Below, piece after piece: positions 40,656 to 55,686 of a DNA stretch of 64,000 nucleotides. The notes under the pieces are model-generated. The model was not told the DNA's origin. It saw nothing but the letters and a program-made list of their open reading frames with translations, and did not search any database. Both the position numbers and the translations under genes were made by a program. Numbering within the stretch: position 1 is the first letter of the stretch; every line of letters begins with the position of its first letter. The stretch is from Alphaproteobacteria bacterium (GTDB taxonomy: Bacteria > Pseudomonadota > Alphaproteobacteria > UBA2966), in assembly GCA_964291395.2 (NCBI GenBank), contig OZ219856.1, forward strand, positions 1-64,000, given 5' to 3'.

Positions 40656-42073
40656 TCATCGTGGCAGCGACGACTCACCCATCAGGAATTCGTCCACGGC
40701 GTAGGCGCATTGCCGGCCCTCGCGGATAGCCCAAACCACGAGCGACTGGCCACGGCGCATGTCGCCTGCAACGAACACGTTGGGCAGCGACGTGATGTAT
40801 CTCTCCGTATCGGCGAGGACGTTGCCGCGCGTGTCGAGTTCGACTCCCAATTTCTCGATCATGCCTTCATGGACCGGATGAACGAAACCCATCGCCAGCA
40901 GAACGAGCCCCGCCTGCAGGTCGAATTCAGTTCCGGGAATCTCCTGCATTCCTTCGTCTAGGCGGACCGCGTGAAGTTTCGAGACGGTCCCGTTGGCGCC
41001 TGAAAGGCACTTGGTCGCGACGCTCCAATCGCGCTCCGCCCCTTCCGCATGGGACGAGGACGTGCGGAGCCGGAGCGGCCACAGGGGCCATGTGGTGCCT
41101 TTGTCGGGTTTCTCCGGCGGCATCGGCAAAATCTCCAGCTGCGTGACCGAGACCGCGCCTTGGCGGAACGACGTGCCGATGCAATCGGAGCCCGTATCGC
41201 CGCCGCCAATCACGATGACATGCTTGCCTTGGGCATGAATCTCTTCCACTTCGCCGAGGGGCTCCCCGCTGATACGCCGGTTCTGCTGGGGCAGGAAATC
41301 CATGGCGAATTCGACACCGCGCAACCCCCTTCCTTCGACCGGCAGGTCGCGCGCCTTCTCCGACCCACCTGCCAGGACGACGGCGTCGTATTCCCGGACA
41401 AGGTCCTGGGCTTCCATATCGACCCCGACATGCACCCCGGTGCGGAAGATCACGCCTTCCGCCTCCATTTGGGTGACGCGCCGGTCGATGTAGTGCTTTC
41501 CATCTTGAAGTCGGGAATGCCGTATCGGAGCAACCCGCCCGGTTTGGCGTTCTTGTCGAACAGCGTGACGTCGTGCCCGGCGCGCGCCAGCTGTTGCGCG
41601 CAGGCCATGCCGGCGGGACCCGCTCCGACGACGGCGACGCGTTTGCCGGTCCGGCCTGCGGAGATGTCGGGAACCGCCCAGCCTTCCTGCCAAGCCCGAT
41701 CCGCGATGGCGCACTCGATCGTCTTGATTGTTATCGGGGCGTCATCGATGTTCAGCGTGCAGGCTTCCTCGCAAGGTGCCGGGCAGACGCGACCGGTGAA
41801 TTCGGGGAAGTTGTTGGTCGAGTGCAGCACTTCGATGGCTTCCCGCCACTGGTCGCGGTAAACGAGGTCGTTCCAGTCGGGGATGATGTTGTCGACGGGG
41901 CAGCCGGTGTGGCAGAACGGGATGCCGCAATCCATGCAACGCGCGCCCTGCTGCTTCAACGTATTCTCGTCCAGCGGCACCACGAACTCGTTGAAATTAC
42001 GGACGCGTTCGGCGACCGGCGCGTAGCGCTGCTCCTTCCTGTCGAATTCGAGAAAACCCGTGACTTTGCCCAT
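40656..42073 (-). CDS. gltD: Glutamate synthase small subunit, copy 2; split by a 1-nt deletion at 41497-41499
   Basis: [62 protein letters not shown]. One extra A restores [16 protein letters not shown]. Confidence 0.92.
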
Positions 42074-42076
42074 GGG

Positions 42077-46730
<4,654 letters not shown>

Positions 46731-46738
<8 letters not shown>

Positions 46739-47549
46739 GCCTGTCCTGCGTTCCCCCTTCGCCTCCGTGGGGTCGGCCTTCCCGGACCCGTCTACGTTCC
46801 CTGATCGCTTCGCCGAACGCTCGAAACAAGGCGCGGTTCACCGGGTTGGTTTGCGGATCGTGCTCGGCGTGCCACTGAACGCCCAATGCGAACCCGGGCG
46901 CGTCGGCAATTCGAATGGCCTCTATCGTGCCGTCCTCCGCCACGCCCTCGACCACGACGCGGTCTCCCGGTTCCAGAATGCCCTGACCGTGGAGCGAGTT
47001 GACGCGGATCGTCTCCCGGTCGAAGAGCCGGGCGAAAACACCTCCGGAAACGAGACGGACGTCATGGCGGTCCGCGAAAACGACTTCCGGGTCGGGATGG
47101 GGATCCCCGTTTTCCAGCCTGGGCGCCCGGTGGTTCATACGTCCGGGCAACTCGCGGATTTCCGGATGCAGGGTGCTCCCGAATGCGACTCCCATCTCCT
47201 GGATGCCGCGACACAGGCCCAGGATGGGGACGCTCCGTGCAACACAGGCCTTCGCCACCCGCAGCGCCACCTCGTCCCGGTCCCGGTCGTAGGGTTCGTG
47301 GCTTGGATGGGGTTCGGCGTTGAAATGGATCGGATGAACGTTGGCGCGTGCGCCCGTCAGCAGGATACCGTCGACCGTGTCCAGCAGCGGCCCGATATCC
47401 GTGAGATCGGAGGCGCCCCCGAACATCAGGGGCAGGGCATCGGCGACTTCCGCCACGGCGCGAAGGTTTTTCTCCCCGACCAGCTGCGCGGCATATCGAC
47501 CGTTGACGAGAAATCCGGATCCGATGATACCGACCAATGGCTTTGGCAT
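46731..47549 (-). CDS. puuD: Gamma-glutamyl-gamma-aminobutyrate hydrolase family (peptidase C26)
   Basis: [34 protein letters not shown]; 8-nt overlap with gltB copy 2. Confidence 0.85.
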
Positions 47550-47823
47550 GGATTGACTCACACCCTCCCGTACCTCGTCTACATTCGCTCCCAATCTGCC
47601 CGCCTCGATGTGGCTTCAGACCACGTGAACGGTTCGATTGTGGCAGGCTCCAGGACCCGTCGGCGGTTCGTAAGGCCCCAGGTCCTTCTTGTCCAGACCC
47701 GCGGTATCGTTGTTCATGAAACTCGTTGTCCCGCCCGGTACGCGCGGGGCTGCGGTGTCGACCGGCGGATGCCGGAATGGCCGCTGCGGCAGGATCGGGA
47801 CCGGTGCCGGCGCGGATCGACGG

Positions 47824-48258
47824 TCAGGCGGCCGTTTCCACGGTGATCACGAGGCGCTTTCCGAACCGCGCCAGGGCTTCCTCCAGCCGGCCGATCTTGG
47901 TGGCGTGGCGGGGGTCGAGCATGCGGCGGACCTCGCTTTCCTGAACGCCCAGGGCCACCGCGAAGGCGCTGTTGGACAGCTGCTGCTCGCGCAGGGCCTC
48001 GTAGAGGGCCGTCTTGGCGGCCAGGACCGCGCCGGGAACCGCCACCGGCCGGCCCTTCGCCGGACTCGGCGCGGGAATGTCCTCGCGCCGCGCCATGCGG
48101 CCCGCGAGCGCTTCCTCGAGACAGTCGGTGGCTTCCGCGACCGCCTCGGCGCACGTCTCGCCGTCCGTGAAAGCCTCGTCGAAGTCCGGGAAGGTCACCG
48201 AGAACCCGCCCGTGCGCTCCTTGTGAAGGTCGATGGGGTAGCTGTATCGCGTTGCCAT
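47824..48258 (-). CDS. hicB: HicB-family antitoxin with C-terminal HTH
   Basis: YPIDL, VTFPDFDEAFTDG, A.DCLEEAL, EVRRMLDPRHATK; GGGAG RBS. Confidence 0.88.
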   Translation of the reverse strand: MATRYSYPIDLHKERTGGFSVTFPDFDEAFTDGETCAEAVAEATDCLEEALAGRMARREDIPAPSPAKGRPVAVPGAVLAAKTALYEALREQQLSNSAFAVALGVQESEVRRMLDPRHATKIGRLEEALARFGKRLVITVETAA

Positions 48259-48270
48259 GATCGGAACTCC

Positions 48271-48484
48271 CTGAAGGTCGTTCGGGTCGATGCCGAGCTG
48301 TTTGCACATGCCGCGGAGCGTGCCGGCCTTGAGCGGTTTCCTGCGGTCCTTCACCACCGTGAAGCACTCGCCGTAATACAAGGTCCCGTGACTCCCTTTG
48401 CCTCTTGTCCTGTCGAACCTGACCGCGATCCCGTTCCTGCGCGCCAGCCTTCTCACTCTCGTTATGAATTCACGCCCGCCTCAC
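48271..48484 (-). pseudogene. hicA: HicA-family toxin; start out of frame and stop replaced by CAG, reading in frame into hicB
   Basis: GREFITRVRRLARR, RGKGSH, GTLRGMCKQLGI; GTG at 48484 is 1 nt out of frame; CAG at 48271-48273. Confidence 0.75.
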
Positions 48485-48494
48485 GGGCGGCACC

Positions 48495-48548
48495 CTCGCA
48501 CAAAAATGCGCGAATAGCTACTCGTCTCCCCGGACATTTTTGTGCGAG
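48495..48548. promoter_or_regulatory. 14-bp inverted repeat upstream of hicAB (probable HicB operators)
   Basis: CTCGCACAAAAATG-26nt-CATTTTTGTGCGAG. Confidence 0.7.
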
Positions 48549-48597
48549 CCGGTGAAGGTAGGAGGCCGGACGACGAGCGCCGGCGCCGCCGCCGGGG

Positions 48598-49212
48598 GTG
48601 CTGGCCGATATGTCAGTAATCGCGGGATGGCTGGCGCGGACCGGCTGTTGTCTCTCGACCGGCGGAGCGGACGGGGCCGATACTGCGTTCGTCGGGGGCG
48701 CGCCGACCGGCCGGCGGACGATCTGGCTGTCGTGGCGGGGCCACGACGGGCATCGGGGACAGGACTGCCGGGTACTGTCGGTGTCGGCGGTGGCGGCGTG
48801 CCCGGAGACCGCGGCGCCCCTGCATCCGGCGTGGGAGCGGTGTTCGCCGGCCGCCCGGAATCGGACGCTATTCCGCTGCCGTGCCTCCCCCGAGCCCTTC
48901 GTGCTGGGCGAGCTCGCCATCGATTACGACAAGCGCCTTGTCACGGTGGCCGGGCGCGCTGTCGAGCTCACCCCGACTGGGTACGAGCTGCTGCGCGCGC
49001 TGTCGCTCGAGGCGGGCCGGGTGGTGACCTACGAAACCCTGCTCCACCAAGTCTGGATCGAGCGCCGCCATGCTAGCTGGAAGGTGGTGCGTGCCTTCGT
49101 TAAGCAGCTCCGTCCCAAGCTCGGCGACGACGCGGCCGGCCCCGCCTGGATCTTCGACGTGCGCGGCGTCGGCTACCGCATGCCCCGACCGGGCGAGCCG
49201 TCGGGAGCCTGA
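48598..49212 (+). pseudogene. Chimeric ORF: SLOG/DprA-like fragment fused to an OmpR/KdpE-type winged-helix domain
   Basis: STGGADGADTAF...HPAWERCS..ARN, then EPFVLGELAIDY..ELTPTGYELL..RVVTYE.LL..VW..KLGDDA...RGVGYRM; no receiver domain. Confidence 0.6.
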
Positions 49213-49449
49213 TCGCCGGCACGCGCGCGCCCCGAACGGCCGAAACAGACGCTGATCGGTCGCGATCCCTGTTTAGTATCCGCCGGGGTACTCGCCGTTA
49301 CGCATCGGGGTCGGCGCGAGAGCGCCAACGACAGCGCCGAGCACGGCGTCATGCTACGCGGCGCATCGCGGAGAGCCTGCGCCAGCCCGGTCGGCCGGCT
49401 GAGGACGTGCTGGAGGTGCTGTCCTTCCGCCCCGCCGGACGGCGGCCCG

Positions 49450-50556
49450 TCACCTCCCGCGCGAGGACCGACGGTTCGCGGCGATCCGGTCGAGCGCAAT
49501 GCCCACGACCTCCTTGCCGCGCTCCCAGATCAATTCCTTCCATCCCGCTTCGTCCGGGAAATAGCAGTCCTTGAAGTCGCGGAGGATCTTCCGGCCGAGA
49601 TCGCTGTTCCGGTTGCCATGGAGGTACAGCCAGGAACTGGCGAGTGTGCAGCGGCGGATATGCTCGCGCTCGCGGGTACCGTACTCGAGCCCCACCGCGG
49701 CCCAGTCCAACCCTTCCCCGGGCGGCCGGAAACCGGCGAGAATGCTGCCCTTGGAACCCGCATACGGGCTCTCGCCGGCCGTCGTGCTGTGCACCTGCTC
49801 TCCATACCAGTCGAACAGCAGGTCATAGACCGGTTCTCCAGGTTTGCCGGGCGTCATCAGTTCGCCGTAGCCGTAGGGGCCGAGGCCCGTGTGCAGGTCG
49901 ATCATCACCGCCGATTTCGCCCGGGCCAGATAGTCCGCGCAGATGCGGCTCAAGGTGCGGTTCGACCAGGTCGCCTTGTCGCCGCCGTAGTGAATGCTGT
50001 CGGGATGGCGGTACTGCCCCTTATGCATCGCCTTGCGGACCGGCACCTCACCGTACTTCGCGTTGAGGTCAGCGATTCCCGCCATGTACGTCTCGTAGGC
50101 CTCGTCGTCCCAGACCTCGGGCACGAGGAAGTCGACCAGTTCCTCGAAGAGGTCGTTTTCGGGGTAGTTGCCGCCTTCGTGGTCGACGAAATTCCGGTTG
50201 AGGTCGACGTTGTCCTCGTTCTCGCGCCGGAGCCACGCCATGCCGTGAGGATTGAGGGCGTGGATGAGCAGCATGGCGGTGCCCGGTCCCGGCTTCGGTG
50301 CATCCGGGTCTCGCAGCAGGCCGACCTGGATACCCGATCCGGCGTACCCCTCCACGCCATGGGTCGCCGAAGTCACGACGATCACGCCGCCAGCGGTGCG
50401 GTCTCCGATCCAGGCTGCATCGCAGTAGAGCGACTCCCCCTCGGGTCCACGCTCCGGATTGCGGTGACTCCCGACGGCTGCGCCGGCGTCACGACACGCG
50501 GAGAGGAAGCTTTCCCGTGCCTCGGTATACGTTGTCGAAAAGTATTTCTCCGGCAT
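49450..50556 (-). CDS. M14-family metallopeptidase (DUF2817-like)
   Basis: SATHGVEG, LNPHG, RENEDNVDLNRN, IDLHTGLG, LEYGT. Confidence 0.85.
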   Translation of the reverse strand: MPEKYFSTTYTEARESFLSACRDAGAAVGSHRNPERGPEGESLYCDAAWIGDRTAGGVIVVTSATHGVEGYAGSGIQVGLLRDPDAPKPGPGTAMLLIHALNPHGMAWLRRENEDNVDLNRNFVDHEGGNYPENDLFEELVDFLVPEVWDDEAYETYMAGIADLNAKYGEVPVRKAMHKGQYRHPDSIHYGGDKATWSNRTLSRICADYLARAKSAVMIDLHTGLGPYGYGELMTPGKPGEPVYDLLFDWYGEQVHSTTAGESPYAGSKGSILAGFRPPGEGLDWAAVGLEYGTREREHIRRCTLASSWLYLHGNRNSDLGRKILRDFKDCYFPDEAGWKELIWERGKEVVGIALDRIAANRRSSRGR

Positions 50557-50723
50557 GTCTGATCTCGATTCGCGGGCCCGGATTTAAGTTGTCGCCGGAA
50601 GTGAGTCGACGAGGGCGTCGTCGCCATGCCTTTTCCGTCGGAATATCTTGCAATATCGCCGCGAAGCTGTCATTGGAGCGCCGCCATCCTTCATCCGCCG
50701 GCGGAGAGGTGGGGTCCACGGCC

Positions 50724-52238
50724 ATGCCGAAGTCCTATCTGGAGCGGGTTCTCCGTGCGAACGTCTATGACGTAGCCCGGGAAACTCCCCTCGAGCGGAT
50801 GACTCTGCTGTCCGAGGCGATCGGGCACAACGTGCTGCTGAAGCGCGAGGATCTGCAGCCGGTCTTCTCGTTCAAGATCCGGGGCGCTTACAACAAGATT
50901 GCCAATTTGGATAGGGCCGCCTGCGCCGACGGCGTGGTTTGTGCGTCGGCGGGCAATCATGCTCAAGGCGTGGCGCTTGCGGCGTCGGCACTGGGCCTGA
51001 GAGCGGTCGTCGTCATGCCTACCACGACGCCGCGGATCAAGTCCGATGCCGTAGCGCGGCTCGGCGGAGACGTCATCCTGCATGGGATTTCCGTCGACGA
51101 ATCGTTCCGGCGGGCTCATGTCATCGCGGACGACGAGGGTTTGACCTTCGTTCATCCCTTCGAGGACGCCGACGTGATTGCCGGACAGGGCACCATCGGT
51201 CTGGAGATCCTCCGCCAGCACGGCAACGGCATCGACGCCATCTTCGTGCCCATCGGCGGGGGCGGCCTGATCGCCGGCATCGCGGCCTACGTCAAGGCGC
51301 TTTGGCCGGGCATCAAGATCATCGGCGTGGAGCCGCAAGATGCCGCCACCATGCACGCCGCGCTGAAGGCGGGGCACCCGATGGAACTGAACGAAGTGGG
51401 CCTGTTTGCCGACGGCGTCGCCGTGCGCACGGTCGGACGGGAGACCCATCGCATCGCGGCGGAATGCGTGGACGACATCGTTCTCGTGAGCACCGACGAG
51501 ATCTGCGCCGCCATCCTGGACATTTACGAGGACACCCGCTCGATCGCCGAACCCGCCGGGGCCCTCGCCGTCGCCGGACTGAAAGCCTATGCCGCCGCGA
51601 GGCAGTCCCGCGACGAGACGCTGATCGCGATCCTGTCCGGCGCCAACGTCAACTTCGACCGCCTGCGGCACATCTCCGAGCGCGCCGACATCGGGCGCGA
51701 GCGCGAGGCCTTGTTCGCCGTCACCATCCCGGAGCGGCCCGGCAGTCTCCGGCAGTTCTGCGAGGTCGTCGGCAAGCGCTCCATCACCGAGTTCAACTAC
51801 CGCTTCGCGGACACCGAGGCCGCACAGATCTTCGTCGGCCTCGAGCTGCAGCAGGGGCGGCAGGAACGGGAAGGTCTGCTCTCGACCCTCGAGGGCGCGG
51901 GCTTTCCGGTCGTCGACATGACCGACAATGAGCTCGCCAAGATCCACGTCCGGTACATGGTCGGCGGGCACGGCGGCGGCGACCTCGAGGAGAAACTCTA
52001 CCGTTTCTTCTTTCCGGAACGGCCCGGCGCCTTGCTCGGCTTCCTGAACGAGATGGGGCAGCGCTGGAATATCAGCCTGTTCCACTACCGCAACCATGGA
52101 TCGGCCTATGGGCGTGTTCTGATGGGCTTTCAGGTGTCGACGTCCAGCGAGCGTGAATTCCGGGAATTCCTCGAGAATGCGAACTTCCAGTATGTCGAGG
52201 AGACCGAGAATCCTGTCTATCAGGTGTTCCTCAAGTAG
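50724..52238 (+). CDS. ilvA: Biosynthetic threonine ammonia-lyase
   Basis: KREDLQPVFSFKIRGA, SAGNHAQG, PIGGGGL, two regulatory repeats (PERPG), WNISLFHYRNHG. Confidence 0.96.
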   Translation: MPKSYLERVLRANVYDVARETPLERMTLLSEAIGHNVLLKREDLQPVFSFKIRGAYNKIANLDRAACADGVVCASAGNHAQGVALAASALGLRAVVVMPTTTPRIKSDAVARLGGDVILHGISVDESFRRAHVIADDEGLTFVHPFEDADVIAGQGTIGLEILRQHGNGIDAIFVPIGGGGLIAGIAAYVKALWPGIKIIGVEPQDAATMHAALKAGHPMELNEVGLFADGVAVRTVGRETHRIAAECVDDIVLVSTDEICAAILDIYEDTRSIAEPAGALAVAGLKAYAAARQSRDETLIAILSGANVNFDRLRHISERADIGREREALFAVTIPERPGSLRQFCEVVGKRSITEFNYRFADTEAAQIFVGLELQQGRQEREGLLSTLEGAGFPVVDMTDNELAKIHVRYMVGGHGGGDLEEKLYRFFFPERPGALLGFLNEMGQRWNISLFHYRNHGSAYGRVLMGFQVSTSSEREFREFLENANFQYVEETENPVYQVFLK

Positions 52239-52274
52239 AGCCGGCGGACCGCCGGAGCCTCCGCTCGTGCGGGG

Positions 52275-53189
52275 CTAGACCTTCGCCATGATGTCTCCGG
52301 CAATCCGTTCGTGGGCGTCGACCCACTGATCGTACTCCTTGTAGATCGGCTCGAAGAGCACCATGCCGATACCCATTTCCTTGAGGCGGCCCAGGCTGTC
52401 GATGATCTGCTCTTCGGATCCCACGAACATGACCTTGTACTTGGAATCCATCGCTTCGAAGGCCATGCGCGCCCGCAGGCAGATCACCAGTTCGCCGTAG
52501 TCTCGGCCCTGTTGCTCGCATCCCTTCTGCAGCGTCGCGATACCGTCTTCCAGCATCTCGAAGGTCGAGTTCGACGGCAGCCAGCCGTCGCCCTGCTTGA
52601 CCACCCGGCGCAGTGCCGGTTTCGACGTGCCGCCGATCAGGATCGGGATGCGTTTGTTCACGGGCTTGGGCTGGAATCCGACGTCGGGGATCTGGAAATA
52701 TCGGCCCTGGAAGCTTGCTTTCTCTTCGGCCCACATGACGCGCATCAGATCGATGGCCTCGGTGCACCAGGCGCCCCGCTCTGCGAAGGGCTGGCCGAGC
52801 ATGGTGATCTCCTCCTCCATCCAGCCGACGCCGGCGCCCAGGATCACGCGCCCGCCCGTGAGATAGTCGACCGACGCCAGCTGCTTCGCGACGAGCAGGG
52901 GATTTCGATGGGGGAGGACGAGGATTGCCGTCGCCACCTTGATGCGCTCCGTCGCGATGCCGACGACGGACATGGCGATGATCGGATCGATGATGATGCC
53001 TTCCTTCGGGAACGGGAAGTGGCCGTCGGCGGAGCCCTTGTAGACGGGTTTGATCTCATAGGGGATGACGACGTGATCACTGGCGAACAGCGCGTGGAAG
53101 CCCAACGTCTCGGCCTTCTTGGCGAAGCTGATCAAGTTTTCCGCCGTCGCGTGTCCTTCCATCATGGGCATGAGGGCTGCGTATTTCAT
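52275..53189 (-). CDS. LLM-class (probably F420-dependent) oxidoreductase
   Basis: SDHVVIP, LPHRNPLL.AKQ.AS.D.L.GGR, GVGWMEEE, PKP, GGTS..ALRR...GDGW. Confidence 0.85.
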   Translation of the reverse strand: MKYAALMPMMEGHATAENLISFAKKAETLGFHALFASDHVVIPYEIKPVYKGSADGHFPFPKEGIIIDPIIAMSVVGIATERIKVATAILVLPHRNPLLVAKQLASVDYLTGGRVILGAGVGWMEEEITMLGQPFAERGAWCTEAIDLMRVMWAEEKASFQGRYFQIPDVGFQPKPVNKRIPILIGGTSKPALRRVVKQGDGWLPSNSTFEMLEDGIATLQKGCEQQGRDYGELVICLRARMAFEAMDSKYKVMFVGSEEQIIDSLGRLKEMGIGMVLFEPIYKEYDQWVDAHERIAGDIMAKV

Positions 53190-53303
53190 GGCGATTTGGG
53201 CCTCTCGTCTTGATTTTCGGTGGTCTTCCCCTTTACGTGAAGTTACCTTCTCGGCCCCGTCCTGTCTCGGGAGCACGGGCTGAACGCTGACTGGAATGGG
53301 AAG

Positions 53304-54320
53304 GTGGACGGACCGACGGAGCAGAGGGACTTCATTGCCGGCCTGCCGAAGGCCGAGCTTCACCTTCACATCGAGGGGACGCTGGAGCCCGAGTTGATGT
53401 TCCGTCTTGCCCGGAAGAACGGCGTACCCCTCCCTTACGCTTCGGTTGAAGAATTACGGGCGGCCTACGACTTCCCGGACCTGCAGGGATTTCTCGATCT
53501 TTACTACGGCGGCATGGCGGTGTTGCGCGAGGCCCGGGATTTCCATGATCTCACGATCGCCTATCTGGAAAGGGCGCGAACCGAGAATGTCCGGCACGCG
53601 GAGATTTTTTTCGATCCCCAAGGGCACACGCGACGCGGCATACCATTGGGGTCGGTGATCGCGGGCATCGCGGGCGCGCTGTCTGAAGGCGTCCGGACTC
53701 TCGGTATCACATCGCGCCTCATCATGTGTTTCCTCCGGGATCTGCCTGCCGGGGACGCGATGGCTACGTTGGAGGCTTCGCTGCCCTACCGAGACCGTAT
53801 CGTCGCCGTCGGCCTCGATTCGGCCGAGGTGGGGAACCCGCCGTCGAAGTTTCGCGACGTGTTCGCCAGGGCGCGCTCCGAAGGGTTTCGGACCGTGGCG
53901 CACGCGGGCGAGGAAGGCCCGGCGGATTACGTGCGCGAAGCCCTTGATGAGCTCGGTGTCGAGCGCATCGATCATGGCGTGCGGGCGATGGAAGACCCGG
54001 ATGTCGTCGCCCGGCTCCGGCGGGAGCGCATACCGCTGACCGTTTGTCCTCTCTCCAATGTCCGTCTCAAGATATTCGACGGTATCGCTGCGCATCCGAT
54101 CGAGGCGATGCGGGAGGCGGGCCTGTTCGTGACGGTGAACTCGGACGACCCCGCGTACTTCGGGAGCTACGTCAATGGGAACTATCGCGCGCTGCGGGAC
54201 GCGTTCGGACTCGGTGAGCGTGAACTCGCCGAACTGGCCCGGAATTCGTTCGAAGCTTCGTTCCTCGACGAGTCGGAGAAGCGGGAATACCTGGACGAGG
54301 TTGACGCCTACCTGGCGTAG
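53304..54320 (+). CDS. add: Adenine/adenosine deaminase
   Basis: PKAELHLHIEGTLEP, HAGEEG, RIDHG, CPLSN, NSDDPAYF. Confidence 0.92.
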   Translation: MDGPTEQRDFIAGLPKAELHLHIEGTLEPELMFRLARKNGVPLPYASVEELRAAYDFPDLQGFLDLYYGGMAVLREARDFHDLTIAYLERARTENVRHAEIFFDPQGHTRRGIPLGSVIAGIAGALSEGVRTLGITSRLIMCFLRDLPAGDAMATLEASLPYRDRIVAVGLDSAEVGNPPSKFRDVFARARSEGFRTVAHAGEEGPADYVREALDELGVERIDHGVRAMEDPDVVARLRRERIPLTVCPLSNVRLKIFDGIAAHPIEAMREAGLFVTVNSDDPAYFGSYVNGNYRALRDAFGLGERELAELARNSFEASFLDESEKREYLDEVDAYLA

Positions 54321-54322
54321 CG

Positions 54323-54793
54323 TCACCCCTGCGTGATCTCCGCCTCGTGTTCGACGGAGAAATTGACGGACCGGGCGATGAAGCACATGGCATTCGCCTT
54401 TTCGTGCAGGCTTTCCGCCTTCGCCAAATCGCTTTCGGGCGTAACCGTAATCCGGGGTTTCAGCGTCACGCTCGTGAACTCGCCGGATCCGTCCGGATTG
54501 GTCTGCATCGCCCCTTCCGCGGTATCCTCGTAGGCCGTCACCACGACTTTGCTGACCGCGCAGAGATGCAGGTACCAGAGCATGTGGCAGGCGGATAGGG
54601 CGGCCAGCAGCATGTCCTCCGGGTTGTGACAAGCGGCGTCGCCCATGTATCCGGGATCGGCGGAGCCCTTGATCACCGGCTTGCCGTCGCAGGCGATGTC
54701 GTAGTGGCGGGTATAGGCCTTGTAGTCGGTCGTCCCCTCGCCCCGGTTTCCCGTCCATGTCACGGTCGCCGAATAGGTGTGTTCTTTCGCCAT
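54323..54793 (-). CDS. OsmC-family protein
   Basis: WTGN.G.GT, NPEDMLLAALSACHMLWYL, CFIARSVNF. Confidence 0.88.
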   Translation of the reverse strand: MAKEHTYSATVTWTGNRGEGTTDYKAYTRHYDIACDGKPVIKGSADPGYMGDAACHNPEDMLLAALSACHMLWYLHLCAVSKVVVTAYEDTAEGAMQTNPDGSGEFTSVTLKPRITVTPESDLAKAESLHEKANAMCFIARSVNFSVEHEAEITQG

Positions 54794-54912
54794 GTTCCGA
54801 TCCTCGTTCTTCGTGATCTCGAAGTTGCCCCTTGATACCACAAACGGCGCTGGCGGCGACCCGGCGGACGTGGTCTGATTGGCCGTCGGAGGATGGATGA
54901 CGGGAGAGCGGC

Positions 54913-55680
54913 ATGCGGTTGGAGAACAAGGTGACGGTCATCACGGGCGCAGGCAGCGGGATCGGCGCCGCGATCGCCAGGGCGTTCGTCGCGGAAGGCG
55001 CGCGAACGGCCTTGCTCGACGTGAACCTGCCGGCCGCGGAAGAGCTTGCCGCGGAGCTGGGCGGTGATGCCGCGGCGTTCGAGGCCGATGTGACCGAACT
55101 CGATCAGCTCGAGGCTGCCGCCGACGCCGTCAGCGAACGATTCGGCGGCATCGACGCGCTCGTCAACAACGCCGGTATTCGTATCGTCAAATCCTTCCTC
55201 GACCACACGGAGGAAGACTGGCGGCGCATCCTCGACGTCAACCTGACGGGACAGTTCTTGGCTGCCAAGGCCGTGGTGCCTCACCTGATCACGCGTGGAA
55301 AGGGCAAGGTCGTCAACGTCGCCTCGATCGCGGGGATCGGCGGGCGGCCCAACCGCGTGGCCTACGTGGCCGCCAAGTTCGGGATCGTCGGCCTGACCCG
55401 GGCGCTCGCCATGGATCTTTCGGAGAACAACATCTGCGTCAACGCGCTCTGTCCCAGCATGATCGCCTCGCCGCTCAATATCTCGCTCGCCGAAGACGGG
55501 GAGATCGGTCCCCAGTGGGCGAAGGACAACCTGGCGCGTCGCTGGGGCCGGCCCGAGGACGTCGCCAAGGTCGCCGTGTTTCTGGCTTCTGACGACGCCG
55601 ACTACGTGACCGGCTCGGAGTATCGGGTCGACGGCGGCGAGGCGACGGGCCTCATCCGCGCCGGTGAGATGGCGATCTGA
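54913..55680 (+). CDS. Short-chain dehydrogenase/reductase
   Basis: TGAGSGIG, NNAG, YVAAK, VDGG. Confidence 0.9.
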   Translation: MRLENKVTVITGAGSGIGAAIARAFVAEGARTALLDVNLPAAEELAAELGGDAAAFEADVTELDQLEAAADAVSERFGGIDALVNNAGIRIVKSFLDHTEEDWRRILDVNLTGQFLAAKAVVPHLITRGKGKVVNVASIAGIGGRPNRVAYVAAKFGIVGLTRALAMDLSENNICVNALCPSMIASPLNISLAEDGEIGPQWAKDNLARRWGRPEDVAKVAVFLASDDADYVTGSEYRVDGGEATGLIRAGEMAI

Positions 55681-55686
55681 AGCGAC

